Shown piece by piece: positions 30,507 through 40,176 of a stretch of DNA of 64,000 bases. The translations under genes and the position numbers were made by a program. The notes under the pieces were generated by a model that saw nothing but the letters and a program-made list of their open reading frames with translations, was not told where the DNA came from and did not search any database. This DNA is from an uncultured Thermoleophilia bacterium. GTDB lineage: Bacteria; Actinomycetota; Thermoleophilia; Solirubrobacterales; 70-9. Within the stretch, counting starts at the first letter, position 1, and the number at the start of each line of letters is the position of its first letter. The stretch lies in assembly GCA_963838145.1 (NCBI GenBank), contig CAWIPX010000005.1:18195-82194 (forward strand), given 5' to 3'.

Positions 30507-31295
30507 CTAGACCTTCTTCTCGCGGGTCGCCCTGCCCCTGGCGACGCCCGGCGGGGTCACCTTGGGTGGCTCCTCCTCGGCGGTGCCCGGGGCACCGATG
30601 ATCTTGTCCCCCGGGGCTATCACCAGGAAGTAGAACCCGGCGGCGAGCACGGCGCCAAGCAGGTCGCCGACGAGGTACGGCCACACGCCGCCGAACTCCT
30701 CGCCCACGAGGGCGGGTCCGAACCAGCGCGCGGGGTTGAGCGCGGCGCCGGTCAGCGGGCCGAGCACCATCACGAGGAAGGCGAGCGTCGCGCCGATCGT
30801 CAGCGGCGCGAACTCCTTGCGCGCCCGTGGGTTGAGCGCGGCCGTGAGCACGGCGAGCACGAGCACGAAGGTCCCGATCGCCTCGAGGATCATGCCGTCG
30901 AGGTCGCCGCCGAGCAGCGGGCTGATCGTGACCGCGCCGTAGTCACCCACGCGTCCCTCGTCGAGCAGCAGCGCCTTGGTCAGCAGGGCGCCGAGGACGC
31001 CGCCGGAGAGCTGGGCGAGGATGTAGACGACCGCGTCGACCGGGTCGATGCGGCGCAGGATCGCCGCGGCGACCGTCACGGCGGGGTTGAAATGACCCCC
31101 GCTGACGCCGCCGAGGTAGGCGATGAGGCCGAGGAGCAGGAAGCCCTGCGTCAGGCCGACGACCGCGAAGTCGGAGCCGAACTGCGCGTCGGCGCCCGTC
31201 GCCACGAACAGCGTGACGACCATGGTGATGAAGAACACCAGAAAGAACGTTCCGACGAGCTCGGTGATGTAGGCAGCGAGTCCTCGATCCTGCAC
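30507..31295 (-). CDS. MIP-family channel (aquaporin/glycerol facilitator)
   Basis: Two NPA boxes, SGGHFNPAVT and GAALNPARWFGPA. AAGGAGG lies 9 nt before GTG 31295. Intact. Confidence 0.9.
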   Translation of the reverse strand: MQDRGLAAYITELVGTFFLVFFITMVVTLFVATGADAQFGSDFAVVGLTQGFLLLGLIAYLGGVSGGHFNPAVTVAAAILRRIDPVDAVVYILAQLSGGVLGALLTKALLLDEGRVGDYGAVTISPLLGGDLDGMILEAIGTFVLVLAVLTAALNPRARKEFAPLTIGATLAFLVMVLGPLTGAALNPARWFGPALVGEEFGGVWPYLVGDLLGAVLAAGFYFLVIAPGDKIIGAPGTAEEEPPKVTPPGVARGRATREKKV

Positions 31296-31406
31296 TTGGT
31301 CAGACCTCCTTGAAGCTTTCGTATCCATGCGCGAGCGACGGGCGCCCGAGCCAACAGCCGCGGCAGTCTATAGAGGAGCGATGCAGAAACGTCGCACCTA
31401 CGCGGC

Positions 31407-31913
31407 TCAGGACTGCTCGCGCGCCTGCTCGAGGGCGCGCCCCTCGGCGATCACCTCGAGCGCCTCCTCGCGCGAGCGCCACCCCTGAACGTCGACGTCC
31501 TTGCCCTCGAGCTGCTTGTAGATCGAGAAGAAATGCTCGATCTCACGCTGAAGCGACTCGGGTATGTCCTCCAGTACCTCGGCGTGGTTCCAGCCGGGGT
31601 CGTTCATCGGGACGCAGACGATCTTGTCGTCCTCCCCCTTCTCGTCGTGCATCTTGAACAGCGCGATCGGCTTGACCGGGATCACGCACCCGGAAAACGT
31701 CGGCTCGGAGACGCAGACCATCGCGTCCAGCGGGTCGCCGTCGCGTCCGCGGTGGCCCATCAGAAAGCCATAGTCGAGCGGGTAGACGGTCGCGGATGCG
31801 AGGAAGCGGTCGAGAACCACGCGGCCCAGATGCTCGTCGAACTCGTACTTGTTGCGGCCGCCCTTGGGGATCTCGATGAGGGCGAGAAGCTGATCGGCGG
31901 TCGTCCGCGTCAT
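31407..31913 (-). CDS. ppa: Inorganic pyrophosphatase (family I)
   Basis: Motifs: IEIPKGGRNKYEFD, YPLDYGF, DGDPLDAMV, KMHDEKGEDDKIV. Intact. Confidence 0.92.
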   Translation of the reverse strand: MTRTTADQLLALIEIPKGGRNKYEFDEHLGRVVLDRFLASATVYPLDYGFLMGHRGRDGDPLDAMVCVSEPTFSGCVIPVKPIALFKMHDEKGEDDKIVCVPMNDPGWNHAEVLEDIPESLQREIEHFFSIYKQLEGKDVDVQGWRSREEALEVIAEGRALEQAREQS

Positions 31914-31942
31914 CCCAGTGGCAAGGCTATCCTGCGCCGCGA

Positions 31943-32908
31943 ATGGGCAAGGTCGCCGCGTCGCTGGCGGCCGTCCTCGCGGCACTCGCTCTCTGGGCGT
32001 GCGGGGACGGCGCTGAACCGGGCGCGCCGCAAGGCGCGACCCTCGTGCTCGACTTCCAGCCCAACGCGGCCCACGCCGGCATCTACGCGGCGCTCGACGA
32101 GGGCCTCTACTCGGACAGCGGGGTCGACCTCGAGGTCCGCGAGCCCTCGACGTCCTCCGACGCCCCCAAGCTGCTCGAGGCGGGCCGGGCGCAGTTCGCG
32201 ATCCTCGACATCCACGACCTCGCGCTGGCGCGCGAGGCGGGATTCGACGTCGTCGGCGTCGCACCGATCGTCCAGCGACCGCTGGCCGCGGTGATCGCGG
32301 GCGACCGCGATGCGGTGCGGCGACCGCGCGACCTCGAGGGAGGCACCGTGGGCGTGACGGGGCTGCCGTCCGACGACGCGGTCCTCGACTCGGTGCTCGA
32401 GGCCGACGGCGCCGACCCCGGCGCGGTCGAGCGCGTGACGATCGGCTTCGAGGCGGTGCCGACGCTTGCGGCGGGCCGCGTCGACGCCGCGACCGCGTTC
32501 TGGAACGTCGAGGGCCTCGCGCTCAAGCGCCGCGGCGTGCCGACACGCGAGTTCCGGGTCGACGACTTCGGGGCTCCGCGCTACCCGGAGCTCGTGCTCG
32601 TCACGACCGCGGATCTGATCGAGGGCGATCCGGATCTCGTCGAGGGGGTCGTCGAAGCGACGGTCGAGGGCTACGAGATCGCCGTCGACGACCCCGACGC
32701 GGCGCTCGAAGCGCTTCTGGATGGTGTCGACGGCCTCGACGCCGGCGAGCAGCAGGCCCAACTCGACGCCCTGCTGCCGGCCTTGAGCCCGGTCGGCGTG
32801 CTCGACCTGGAGGTCCTCGAGGCGTGGGCGCGCTGGGATGCGGAGCACGGGATCGTCGAGACCCCGCCTGACATCGACGAGGCCTTCAACACCAACTTCG
32901 CCGGGTAA
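31943..32908 (+). CDS. ABC-type substrate-binding lipoprotein (NMT1/THI5-like, nitrate/sulfonate family)
   Basis: Lipobox LALWAC. Motifs: LVLDFQPNAAHAGIYAALDEG and VTGLPSDD. No permease or ATPase gene is adjacent. Confidence 0.7.
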   Translation: MGKVAASLAAVLAALALWACGDGAEPGAPQGATLVLDFQPNAAHAGIYAALDEGLYSDSGVDLEVREPSTSSDAPKLLEAGRAQFAILDIHDLALAREAGFDVVGVAPIVQRPLAAVIAGDRDAVRRPRDLEGGTVGVTGLPSDDAVLDSVLEADGADPGAVERVTIGFEAVPTLAAGRVDAATAFWNVEGLALKRRGVPTREFRVDDFGAPRYPELVLVTTADLIEGDPDLVEGVVEATVEGYEIAVDDPDAALEALLDGVDGLDAGEQQAQLDALLPALSPVGVLDLEVLEAWARWDAEHGIVETPPDIDEAFNTNFAG

Positions 32909-33012
32909 GCCAGCTGGGCCTAACTGGCTCGGTGGCCCCCGGAAATCGCGTTGTGAGCAGTTGATGGGGCTATAGCCCGACAAATCGCTCACAAGTTGCC
33001 GGATAGCTCCCC

Positions 33013-33345
33013 TTACCCAGCCTCGTCCCTCAACAGCGCCGCGACCAGCTCCGGCATCTCGCGCGCCATCCTCGAGCGCGGCACGACGACGTCCACCCCG
33101 GCCGCCTCGGCGCGCTCGCGCGTGTCGGGGTCGGTGTGGCGGTAGAAGCCGAGCACCGGGATACCGAGCCCGACGACGGCCTCGGGCTCGATGCGCTCGA
33201 GGTCGGCGATCAGGATCTCGGCGTCGTCGAGCGGCGCCTCGGTGATCGAGGGCGAGAGCGTGACGTCGTGGCCGGCGGCTCCCAGCGTCGCCTCGATGCG
33301 CGACGCGAACATGAGGTCGGGAGCGAGGGCGACTACGCGCGCCAC
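33013..33345 (-). CDS. Small hypothetical protein (110 aa); last gene of the metal operon
   Basis: GTG 33345 lies 7 nt after the upstream stop. Alternating beta/alpha pattern (VVALAPDLMF...ILIADL...VLGFY). No family recognised. Confidence 0.5.
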   Translation of the reverse strand: MARVVALAPDLMFASRIEATLGAAGHDVTLSPSITEAPLDDAEILIADLERIEPEAVVGLGIPVLGFYRHTDPDTRERAEAAGVDVVVPRSRMAREMPELVAALLRDEAG

Positions 33346-33352
33346 GAGCCGC

Positions 33353-33715
33353 CTAGAGCGAGCGTCGCTGGCGGAACTCGCGCCGCACGCTCTCGGGCCG
33401 GCCCCACATCTGGACGACCTCGGCGCGGCCCTCGGCCATCTCGCGAACGACGAGCTCACCCTCGATCCCCTCGCGGTCGAGGAGCTCGAGCGTCCCGCGA
33501 ACCGTCTCCGGCGCGGCGGCGTGCCCGAAGTTGTGCGCGACGTTGACGCGCCAGTGCCAGTCGGCCCGCGAGTAGGGCTGGGCGTTGACCTGGCTGAGGA
33601 TCACCGCGGCGTCGACGTAGCGGCCCTCGTCGGCGATGCGCATGTCGAAGGCGAGGTCGGTCCAGTCGTCGGGCAGCGAGTCCACGACCTCCTGGAATTC
33701 CGCGGCGAGGGCCAT
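33353..33715 (-). CDS. Hypothetical protein (120 aa)
   Basis: Intact ORF, 10 nt downstream of the dtxR-like stop. No family recognised. Confidence 0.55.
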   Translation of the reverse strand: MALAAEFQEVVDSLPDDWTDLAFDMRIADEGRYVDAAVILSQVNAQPYSRADWHWRVNVAHNFGHAAAPETVRGTLELLDREGIEGELVVREMAEGRAEVVQMWGRPESVRREFRQRRSL

Positions 33716-33725
33716 CCCGGGAACC

Positions 33726-34421
33726 CTAGGTGATCAACATGCGCTGGGCGAGGTCGCCGCCGATCGCGTGGCGGGCGCCCTCGACCTCGACGAACAGCGG
33801 GCCGCCGAACGGCTGGCGCTCGGTGACGCGCAGCTTCGCCCCCGGCCTGATGCCCTGCTCGGCGAGGTAGCGCAGCATCTCGGGGTCGCTGTCGGAGACG
33901 CGGCTGAACGTTCCCGACTCGCCGAGCTCGAGCTCGACCAGGGCCACTCCCAACTCGTCGCCGAGCACCAGCTCGCGATCGGGGATCGGGTCGCCGTGGG
34001 GGTCGCGATTGGGATCGCCGAGCGCCGTGGCGATGCGCTCCTCGAGCTCCTCCGAGATGTAGTGCTCGAGCACCTCCGCCTCGTCGTGGACGCGGTCCCA
34101 GGGCATTCCGAGGGCCTCCGAGAGGTATGCCTCGAGCAGGCGGTGGTGGCGCATGACCTCGAGCGCGACCTTCTCCCCCGCCGTCGTCAGCGTGACCCCG
34201 CGGTAGGGCTCGTGCGTGACGAGCTTCATCGCATGCATGCGCTTGAGCATCGCCGTGACCGAGGCCGGCGAGACCCCGAGGCGCTCGGCGAGCGCCGAGG
34301 TGCCGACGGGCCCCTCGCCGCGCTGGGCGAGCGCGTAGATCGCCTTCGCGTAGTCCTCGACGGCCTCCGTCGCGGGAGCGTCGAGGTCACGCCGCGCCGC
34401 CCTGTGCTGGCCGGTCGCCAT
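33726..34421 (-). CDS. DtxR/IdeR/MntR-family metal-dependent transcriptional regulator
   Basis: Motifs: VEDYAKAIYAL, GTSALAERLGVSPASVTAMLKRM, HEPYRGVTLT, RHHRLLEAYL, HDEAEVLEH, DPHGDPIP, plus a C-terminal FeoA/SH3-like part. Its start overlaps the ZIP stop. Confidence 0.88.
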   Translation of the reverse strand: MATGQHRAARRDLDAPATEAVEDYAKAIYALAQRGEGPVGTSALAERLGVSPASVTAMLKRMHAMKLVTHEPYRGVTLTTAGEKVALEVMRHHRLLEAYLSEALGMPWDRVHDEAEVLEHYISEELEERIATALGDPNRDPHGDPIPDRELVLGDELGVALVELELGESGTFSRVSDSDPEMLRYLAEQGIRPGAKLRVTERQPFGGPLFVEVEGARHAIGGDLAQRMLIT

Positions 34422-35632
34422 CAGACCGACACCAGGAGGCCGGTGACGTAGAGCGCGGCGATGCCGGTGAGCATCCCGAGCGCGGCGACGGAGTTGAGCG
34501 TGCGCCCGGTGTCGTCGCGCACCGAGGGCAGAATCGCGGCCACGACCTGAGCGATCGCGCCGGCGCCGACACCGAGCAGGAAGGCCACGAGGCTGGCGTT
34601 GAACGCCGCGGCGCCGATCCACGCGCCGAGGATCGCGGGCGCGCCGGCGATCAGTCCGAGCAGCACGAGCCGTCCGAGCCGCGGGCGGGCCGAGGCCATC
34701 GGAGCGACGATCGCGAGGCCCTCGGTCGTGTTGTGAAGTGCGAAGCCGACCACGAGAAAGGCGCCCAGCGCAAGCGCTCCGCCGGCGTACGCCGACCCGA
34801 TCGCGAGGCCCTCCCCGAGATTGTGAAGGCCGATGCCGATCGCGACGAGCAGCGCGAGGTAGGCGCCGGCGGCTCCCCGCGACTCGGCGCCCTCGCGGCG
34901 CCCGGCGAGCCAACCGTCGATCGCCGCGAGCGCGAGGAACGCGCTCAGCGCCCCCAGGAAGACGAGCGCGGCGCCGCCGAACGCCTGCGGCCCCTCGCCC
35001 GGCGATCTCGAGTCCCTCGAGAGTCGCGTCGACCCCGAGGAAGACGAGCAGCCCGATCGTGAAGGCGAGCAGGAAGCGGATCCAGCTCGGATCGATGCGG
35101 CGCACGAACGGCAGCCAGAGCATTCCCATCGCGACCGGGATCACACCCACGTAAACGCCGAGCAGGGCCATCAGGCCGAAGAACGACGAGTCGGCCTCCG
35201 GCGTCTCGACGGCGACGGGGATCTCGTGCTCGATCGTCCCGCCGGTGGAGGTGAGGATGAAGATCTCGTAGGCCTCGCCCTCGACCCAGGGGTACGGCAT
35301 CGTCAGGGTCGAGCTCTCGAGGCGGCCGACCTCGGAGCTGGTGGCGCTCGAACGGAACGTACGAGTCGCTGATCGCGACCTGCTCGACCGCCACCGCGTC
35401 GGGGCCGTCGTTTCGCAGCGTCAACTCGATCTCCCCGGGGCGCAGCAACCGTGCGCTCGACCGCGACGTCCTCGACCGGAGGGCCCGTCCGCTCGCCCAG
35501 CCCCGGCGCCCCGAGGACGCCGAACGCGATCGCCGCCGCCGCGATCAGCGCGAGCGGGACGAGTCCGAGCAGCCACGTCGGCGCGCGGCCGCCCACGCCG
35601 CTCTCGCCCTCGCGCGCCGCGCGCGCCTCCAT
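34421..35632 (-). CDS. ZIP-family metal transporter with a ~130-aa N-terminal extracytoplasmic domain; at least three frameshifts
   Basis: Motifs: GIGLHNLGEGLAIG and GFALHNTTEGLAIVAP (HNxxEG). N-terminal TM helix, then LRPGEIELTLRNDGPDAVAVEQVAISD and YPWVEGEAYEIFILTSTGG. Its ATG overlaps the oxidase stop by 1 nt. Confidence 0.7.
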
Positions 35633-36743
35633 CAGTCCGTGACCTCGAAGAGGCCCATCCAGCCGAGCTCCGCGAACTCGGTCTTGTGGGCGTGGAACAT
35701 GTAGCTGCCCGACGTACGGGAAGCGCAGCTCGAGGATCCCGCGCTGACCCTGGCCCTGAATGATCGTGTCGGTGAACTCGACCGGCTCGAGCGAGGTGCC
35801 GGTCGGGTAGTAGTGAAAGAAGTTGGCGTGGACGTGGAACGAGTTGATCTGGTCGAACTCGAGGATGTTGAGGAGGTAGATCCGGACCAGCTCGTCACGG
35901 CGCACGCGGATCGGATGACGCATGTAGTGGAAGCCGACAGTGTTCACCGCGTAGACCTCGTTGGAGCTGTCGAAGTTGGTGTCGAAGCCGTTCATCACCA
36001 TGATCAGCTCGTCGGCGTCGGGCCGGCCCTGGGCGGGGTCGACGATGAAGCCGCCGTAGAGCCCCTTGTGGATGTGGGCGGCGAGCGGGTTCGTGTGGCA
36101 GTGGTAGTGGTGGAAGCCGAACGGGGTCGGCGTCGAACTCGTACGTGAAGCTCTCCCCCGTCGCGATCGTGCCCCCGCCTGCGCCCTCGCCGATGCCCGG
36201 CACGCCGTCCATCGCCGCCGGGTGGATGCCGTGGAAGTGGATCGTGTGCGGGTGGGCCGAGCCGTTGGCGAACTTGACCCGCAGCCGCTCGCCCTCGCGG
36301 CAGCGCAGCGTCGGCCCGGGGACGCGCCCGTTGTAGGTCCAGGCCGGGAAGTGGACGCCGGGCGCGACCTCGATCTCCTTGTCGATGGCGACGATCTCCC
36401 ACTCGCGCAGGACGCGCCCGGTCGGCAGCCGCCGCGTCTTGCCCTCGTCGAAGTCGCGGACGATCTCGCTCGGGTCGAAGCCGTTGGCGGCGTGATCGAC
36501 GTCGGGGCCCTCGAACCCGGGCCCGAAGCTCCCGCCATGGCCATTGGCCATGGCGTCCGATCCCGAGCTCGAGCCGTGCTCCATCTCCATCTCGGAGGCG
36601 CTCGCGCCCTCGAGCGCCTGGTGGATCCCGCCATGCGGGACCAGGCCGTGGAGGATCGGAAGCGCCGATCCCGCGGCGGCGCCGCCGACGATCAGCTTGC
36701 GGCGGCTGAGCCCGCCCTTTTGTCCCTTGTCGTTTTGACTCAT
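35632..36743 (-). CDS. Tat-exported two-domain multicopper oxidase (NirK/SLAC-like); two frameshifts (near 36110 and 35700)
   Basis: SRRKLIVGGAAAG twin-arginine signal. Motifs: HPHTIHFHGI, FHHYHCHTNPLAAHIHKGLYG, FHVHANFFH, MFHAHKTEFAELGWMG. Confidence 0.75.
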
Positions 36744-36798
36744 CGCAATCTAGATTTTGATCAGTCTAAATCATAGGGAGGACCGTAGAATCGAGTCA

Positions 36799-37740
36799 AT
36801 GGAGGTTCGCGCCGTGGTCGATCTCGACGGGCAGTACCGCGCATTGCGCGAGCAGGCGGGCATCGCCGACCGCTCGCAGCGCGGCAAGCTGGTCGTGAGC
36901 GGATCCGACGCCGCCGAGTACCTCCAGGGCCAGCTCACCAACGAGGTCGACGACCTGAGCCCCGGCGCCGGGGTCTACGCGGCGCTGCTCGACCGCAAGG
37001 GCCACCTGCAGGGCGACATGCGCGTGCTGCGCCTGGCGCCCGACCGCTACTGGATCGACACCGAGGCGGGCGCCCGCGAGCGCATCCAGCGCCACCTCGA
37101 CATGTACAAGATCGGTCGCGACGTCGAGATCGAGGACGTGAGCGCGGACCACGCGATCCTCTCGATCATCGGCCCCGCCGCGCACCAGGTCGCCTCCACC
37201 GGCCCCCTTTCTCCCGAGCATGCCCACCGAGAGGAGGGCGAGCGGCGGATCGTCGCCACCGACCTCGGGCTCGACCTGATCGTCCCCGCGAGCTCGGCCG
37301 AGGCGGTTCTCGCCGAGCTGCGCGACGCGGGCGCCGCCGAGATCTCCGAGCAGGCGGCCGAGATCGCGCGCGTCGAGGCCGGCAGGCCGCGCTTCGGGGC
37401 AGAGATGAGCGAGGCGACGATGCCGGCCGAGGCCGGGATCACCGATCGCGCGGTCAGCTTCACCAAGGGCTGCTACATCGGCCAGGAGCCCGTCGCGCGG
37501 CTTCACTACAAGGGCAAGCCCAACCGCCACCTGCGAGGCCTGCGGCTCAGCGCCGCGGCCGCCCACGACGACCCGATCCGCCTCGGCGAGCGCGAGGTCG
37601 GGCGCGTCGGGACCGCATGCATCTCCCCCGCCCGCGGCCCGATCGCGCTCGCGATCGTGCGCCGCGAGGCCGCTCCCGGCGACACGGTCTCGGTCGGCGA
37701 CGGCGGCGCGGAGGCCGAGGTCGTCGAGCTTCCCTTCTGA
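36799..37740 (+). CDS. ygfZ: YgfZ/GcvT-like folate-binding protein
   Basis: Motifs: KGCYIGQEPVARLHYKGKPNRHL signature and GVYAALLDRKGHL. Intact. Confidence 0.8.
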   Translation: MEVRAVVDLDGQYRALREQAGIADRSQRGKLVVSGSDAAEYLQGQLTNEVDDLSPGAGVYAALLDRKGHLQGDMRVLRLAPDRYWIDTEAGARERIQRHLDMYKIGRDVEIEDVSADHAILSIIGPAAHQVASTGPLSPEHAHREEGERRIVATDLGLDLIVPASSAEAVLAELRDAGAAEISEQAAEIARVEAGRPRFGAEMSEATMPAEAGITDRAVSFTKGCYIGQEPVARLHYKGKPNRHLRGLRLSAAAAHDDPIRLGEREVGRVGTACISPARGPIALAIVRREAAPGDTVSVGDGGAEAEVVELPF

Positions 37741-38747
37741 TGGCGAGCCGCGGGCGTGCGCTGGGCGGCGGCAGGCTCGACAGCGACAGCCCCCTGCTCG
37801 GCGGCCCGCTGAGCGCGGGGGCCGGAGCCGAGGAGTCGGCTCCGCCCCCGCCGGCCTACGACGCCGACGGCGACGACTACGCGACGCCGCGCGAGCCCGA
37901 CCTGACGCCCGACGGGAGCGACCTCGCCGAGCTGCGCGAGCTGCTCCCCGAGGTCGACGGCGAGCGAGCGCTCGACGACTGGGGCCGCTCGGAGGCCGTC
38001 CTCCGCCTCGCGGACCCCGTTCTCGACTTCTACTACCGCTACTGGTTCCGCGTCGACCACGAGGGGCTCGAGAACGTGCCATCGACCGGCGGCGCGCTGC
38101 TGGTCTCCAACCACTCGGGCGCGCTGCCCCCCGACGCGCCGATGATCATGCAGGCGATCCGCAAGGACCACTCGCATCCACGCCCCCTGTACATGCTCGG
38201 GGAGCACTGGTTCAAGGGCTATCCCTTCGTCGGAATGCTCGCGAACAAGATCGGCCTCGTTCCGGCCCACCCGCGCAACGCCCAGCGACTGCTCCAAGAC
38301 GAGGGCCGCCTCGCGCTCGTCTTCCCCGAGGGCCAGAAGGGCAGCCGCAAGGTCCTGTGGCAGCGCTACCACCTGCGCCGCTTCGGGCGCGGCGGCTTCA
38401 TCCGCACCGCGATGCGCGCCCGGGTCCCGATCGTCCCGATCGCGGTCGTCGGCGCCGAGGAGGCGATGCCGATCTTCGGCCACGTCAGGCCGCTCCAGCG
38501 GCTCACCGGCCTCATCTACTTCCCGTTCAACCACGCGTTTCCGCAATTCGGCCCGCTGGCCGCCGCGATGTACCTGCCGGCCAAGTTCAAGATCCGATTC
38601 CTCGAGCCGATCCCGATGGACGACTACCCCGCCGACGCGATCGACGACGCCGCGCTCGTCCAGAACCTCGCCGAGGAGATCAGGGCCCGGATCCAGACCG
38701 AGCTCGACGATCTGCTCGCCACGCGCCGGTCGGTCTGGCTCGGCTGA
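37740..38747 (+). CDS. Lysophospholipid (1-acyl-sn-glycerol-3-phosphate) acyltransferase family protein
   Basis: TGATG overlap with ygfZ. Motifs: LLVSNHSGALPPD, FPEGQKGS, VPIVPIAVVGAEE. Intact. Confidence 0.8.
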   Translation: MASRGRALGGGRLDSDSPLLGGPLSAGAGAEESAPPPPAYDADGDDYATPREPDLTPDGSDLAELRELLPEVDGERALDDWGRSEAVLRLADPVLDFYYRYWFRVDHEGLENVPSTGGALLVSNHSGALPPDAPMIMQAIRKDHSHPRPLYMLGEHWFKGYPFVGMLANKIGLVPAHPRNAQRLLQDEGRLALVFPEGQKGSRKVLWQRYHLRRFGRGGFIRTAMRARVPIVPIAVVGAEEAMPIFGHVRPLQRLTGLIYFPFNHAFPQFGPLAAAMYLPAKFKIRFLEPIPMDDYPADAIDDAALVQNLAEEIRARIQTELDDLLATRRSVWLG

Positions 38748-38802
38748 CGCCCTCCGAGCCCCCCACGAGTAAATACCTGCACGCAGGGACCCTCAGTTCG
38801 GT

Positions 38803-38808
38803 TAGATT
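38803..38808 (+). promoter_or_regulatory. -10-like TAGATT, 9 nt before ATG 38818
   Basis: No SD. TANNNT at leaderless-type spacing. Confidence 0.35.
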
Positions 38809-38817
38809 CCACGCGGG

Positions 38818-39228
38818 ATGAGGAGGAGGACCTATCCGGTGGCGTGCGCCCTCGCGGCGATCGGCCTGACGGCGGCCGGCTGCGGCTCGGACGACCATCC
38901 CAACGAACCCCGGCCCGCGAAGCCGATCGAGGTCACCGCCCGCGTCGACAATGACGTCGTCGAGGTCTCCCCGAGCGAGTTCGGCGCCGGCCTCACCGTC
39001 TTCACGATCTCGAACCAGAGCGACGAAGCGGTCGCGCTGACCCTCGACGGCCCCGTCGCGGCCACGAGCCAGACGCTCGAGCCCAGCGCGGTCAGCGACG
39101 ACTTCAAGGTCGATCTCCAGGAAGGCACCTACGAGGTCACCGGCGGCCTCGAGTCGCGGGCCAAGCCGCAGGAGCTGCTGGTCGGCCCCGCGCGGCCCTC
39201 CGCGCAGGACGAGCTGCTCCTGCCCTGA
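38818..39228 (+). CDS. Lipoprotein, cupredoxin-like beta-sandwich suspected
   Basis: Lipobox LTAAGC. Intact 136-codon ORF. The function is a guess. Confidence 0.55.
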   Translation: MRRRTYPVACALAAIGLTAAGCGSDDHPNEPRPAKPIEVTARVDNDVVEVSPSEFGAGLTVFTISNQSDEAVALTLDGPVAATSQTLEPSAVSDDFKVDLQEGTYEVTGGLESRAKPQELLVGPARPSAQDELLLP

Positions 39229-40176
39229 GTGAGCGGGCGCGACCGGCTTCCACAGCTCGACGGCGGCCTCTTCCTGACCGATGGGGGCCTCGAGACGACG
39301 CTGATCTTCCACGGCGGGTCACGACCTCCCCGAGTTCGCCGCCTTCGACCTGCTCAAGGACGACGGCGGGGACGGAGGCGCTCCGGGACGCCTACCGCCC
39401 CTACGCGGAGCTTGCTCGCGACCGCGGCACGGGGTTCGTCCTCGAGGCGCCAACCTGGCGCGCAAGCCCCAAGTGGGCAAAGAGGATCGGGTATTCGGAC
39501 GCTGAGCTCGACGCGTTCAATCGCAGGGCGATCGCGCTCATGGAGGAGCTGCGCGAGGAGTATCGGCCCAAGGGCGCGACGTGGGTGATCAGCGGCGCGA
39601 TCGGCCCCGAGAGCGACGCCTACAGCCCCGAGACGATCCTCGATGCACGAGGGGGCGCGAGGAGTACCATTCGACCCAGATCCGAACCCTCGCGGACACC
39701 GCCGGCGGACATGGTCTCGGCGATGACCATGACCTACGCGGACGAAGCGATCGGGATCACGCTTGCCGCCGGCGAGGCGGCAATGCCCGGTGGCGATCTC
39801 TTTCACGGTGGAGACGGACGGGCGCCTCCCAGCGGCCAGAATCTGGGCGACGCGATCGCGCCAGGTCGACGAGGAGACGGGATCGGGCCCCGCGTACTAC
39901 GGGATCAACTGCGCCCATCCGACGCACTTCGAGGCGGTGCTCGACCCGAACGCCGACTGGGCGCAGCGCATCAACTGGCTGCGGGCCAACGCTTCGACGC
40001 TGAGCCATGCCGAACTGGACGAGGCCGAGGAGCTCGACGAGGGCGATCCCGCCGACCTCGGAGCGCGTTACGCGACGCTGAGCGAGAAGCTGCCGCGCCT
40101 CAACGTGGTCGGCGGCTGCTGCGGCACCGACCACCGCCACGTGACGGCGATCGCCGAGGCCTGGCCGGCGGGTTAG
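39229..40176 (+). CDS. Homocysteine S-methyltransferase family protein, multiply frameshifted
   Basis: Motifs spread over three frames: LTDGGLETTLIF, VLEAPTWRASPKWA, VISGAIGP, MPVAISFTVETDGRLP, YYGINCAHPTHF, VVGGCCGTDHRHV. Confidence 0.7.

Noticed and set aside
28336-30510. 724-codon ORF on the plus strand
   Set aside because: It is antisense to fbiC, whose motifs are unambiguous. Its product is an Arg/Ala/Gly/Pro/Leu/Asp-rich string with no recognisable motif, typical of open antisense frames in ~70% GC DNA. The same applies to 5556..6938, 17307..18452, 52203..53837, 60877..62223, 62244..63548, 31910..32992 and 41738..42682.
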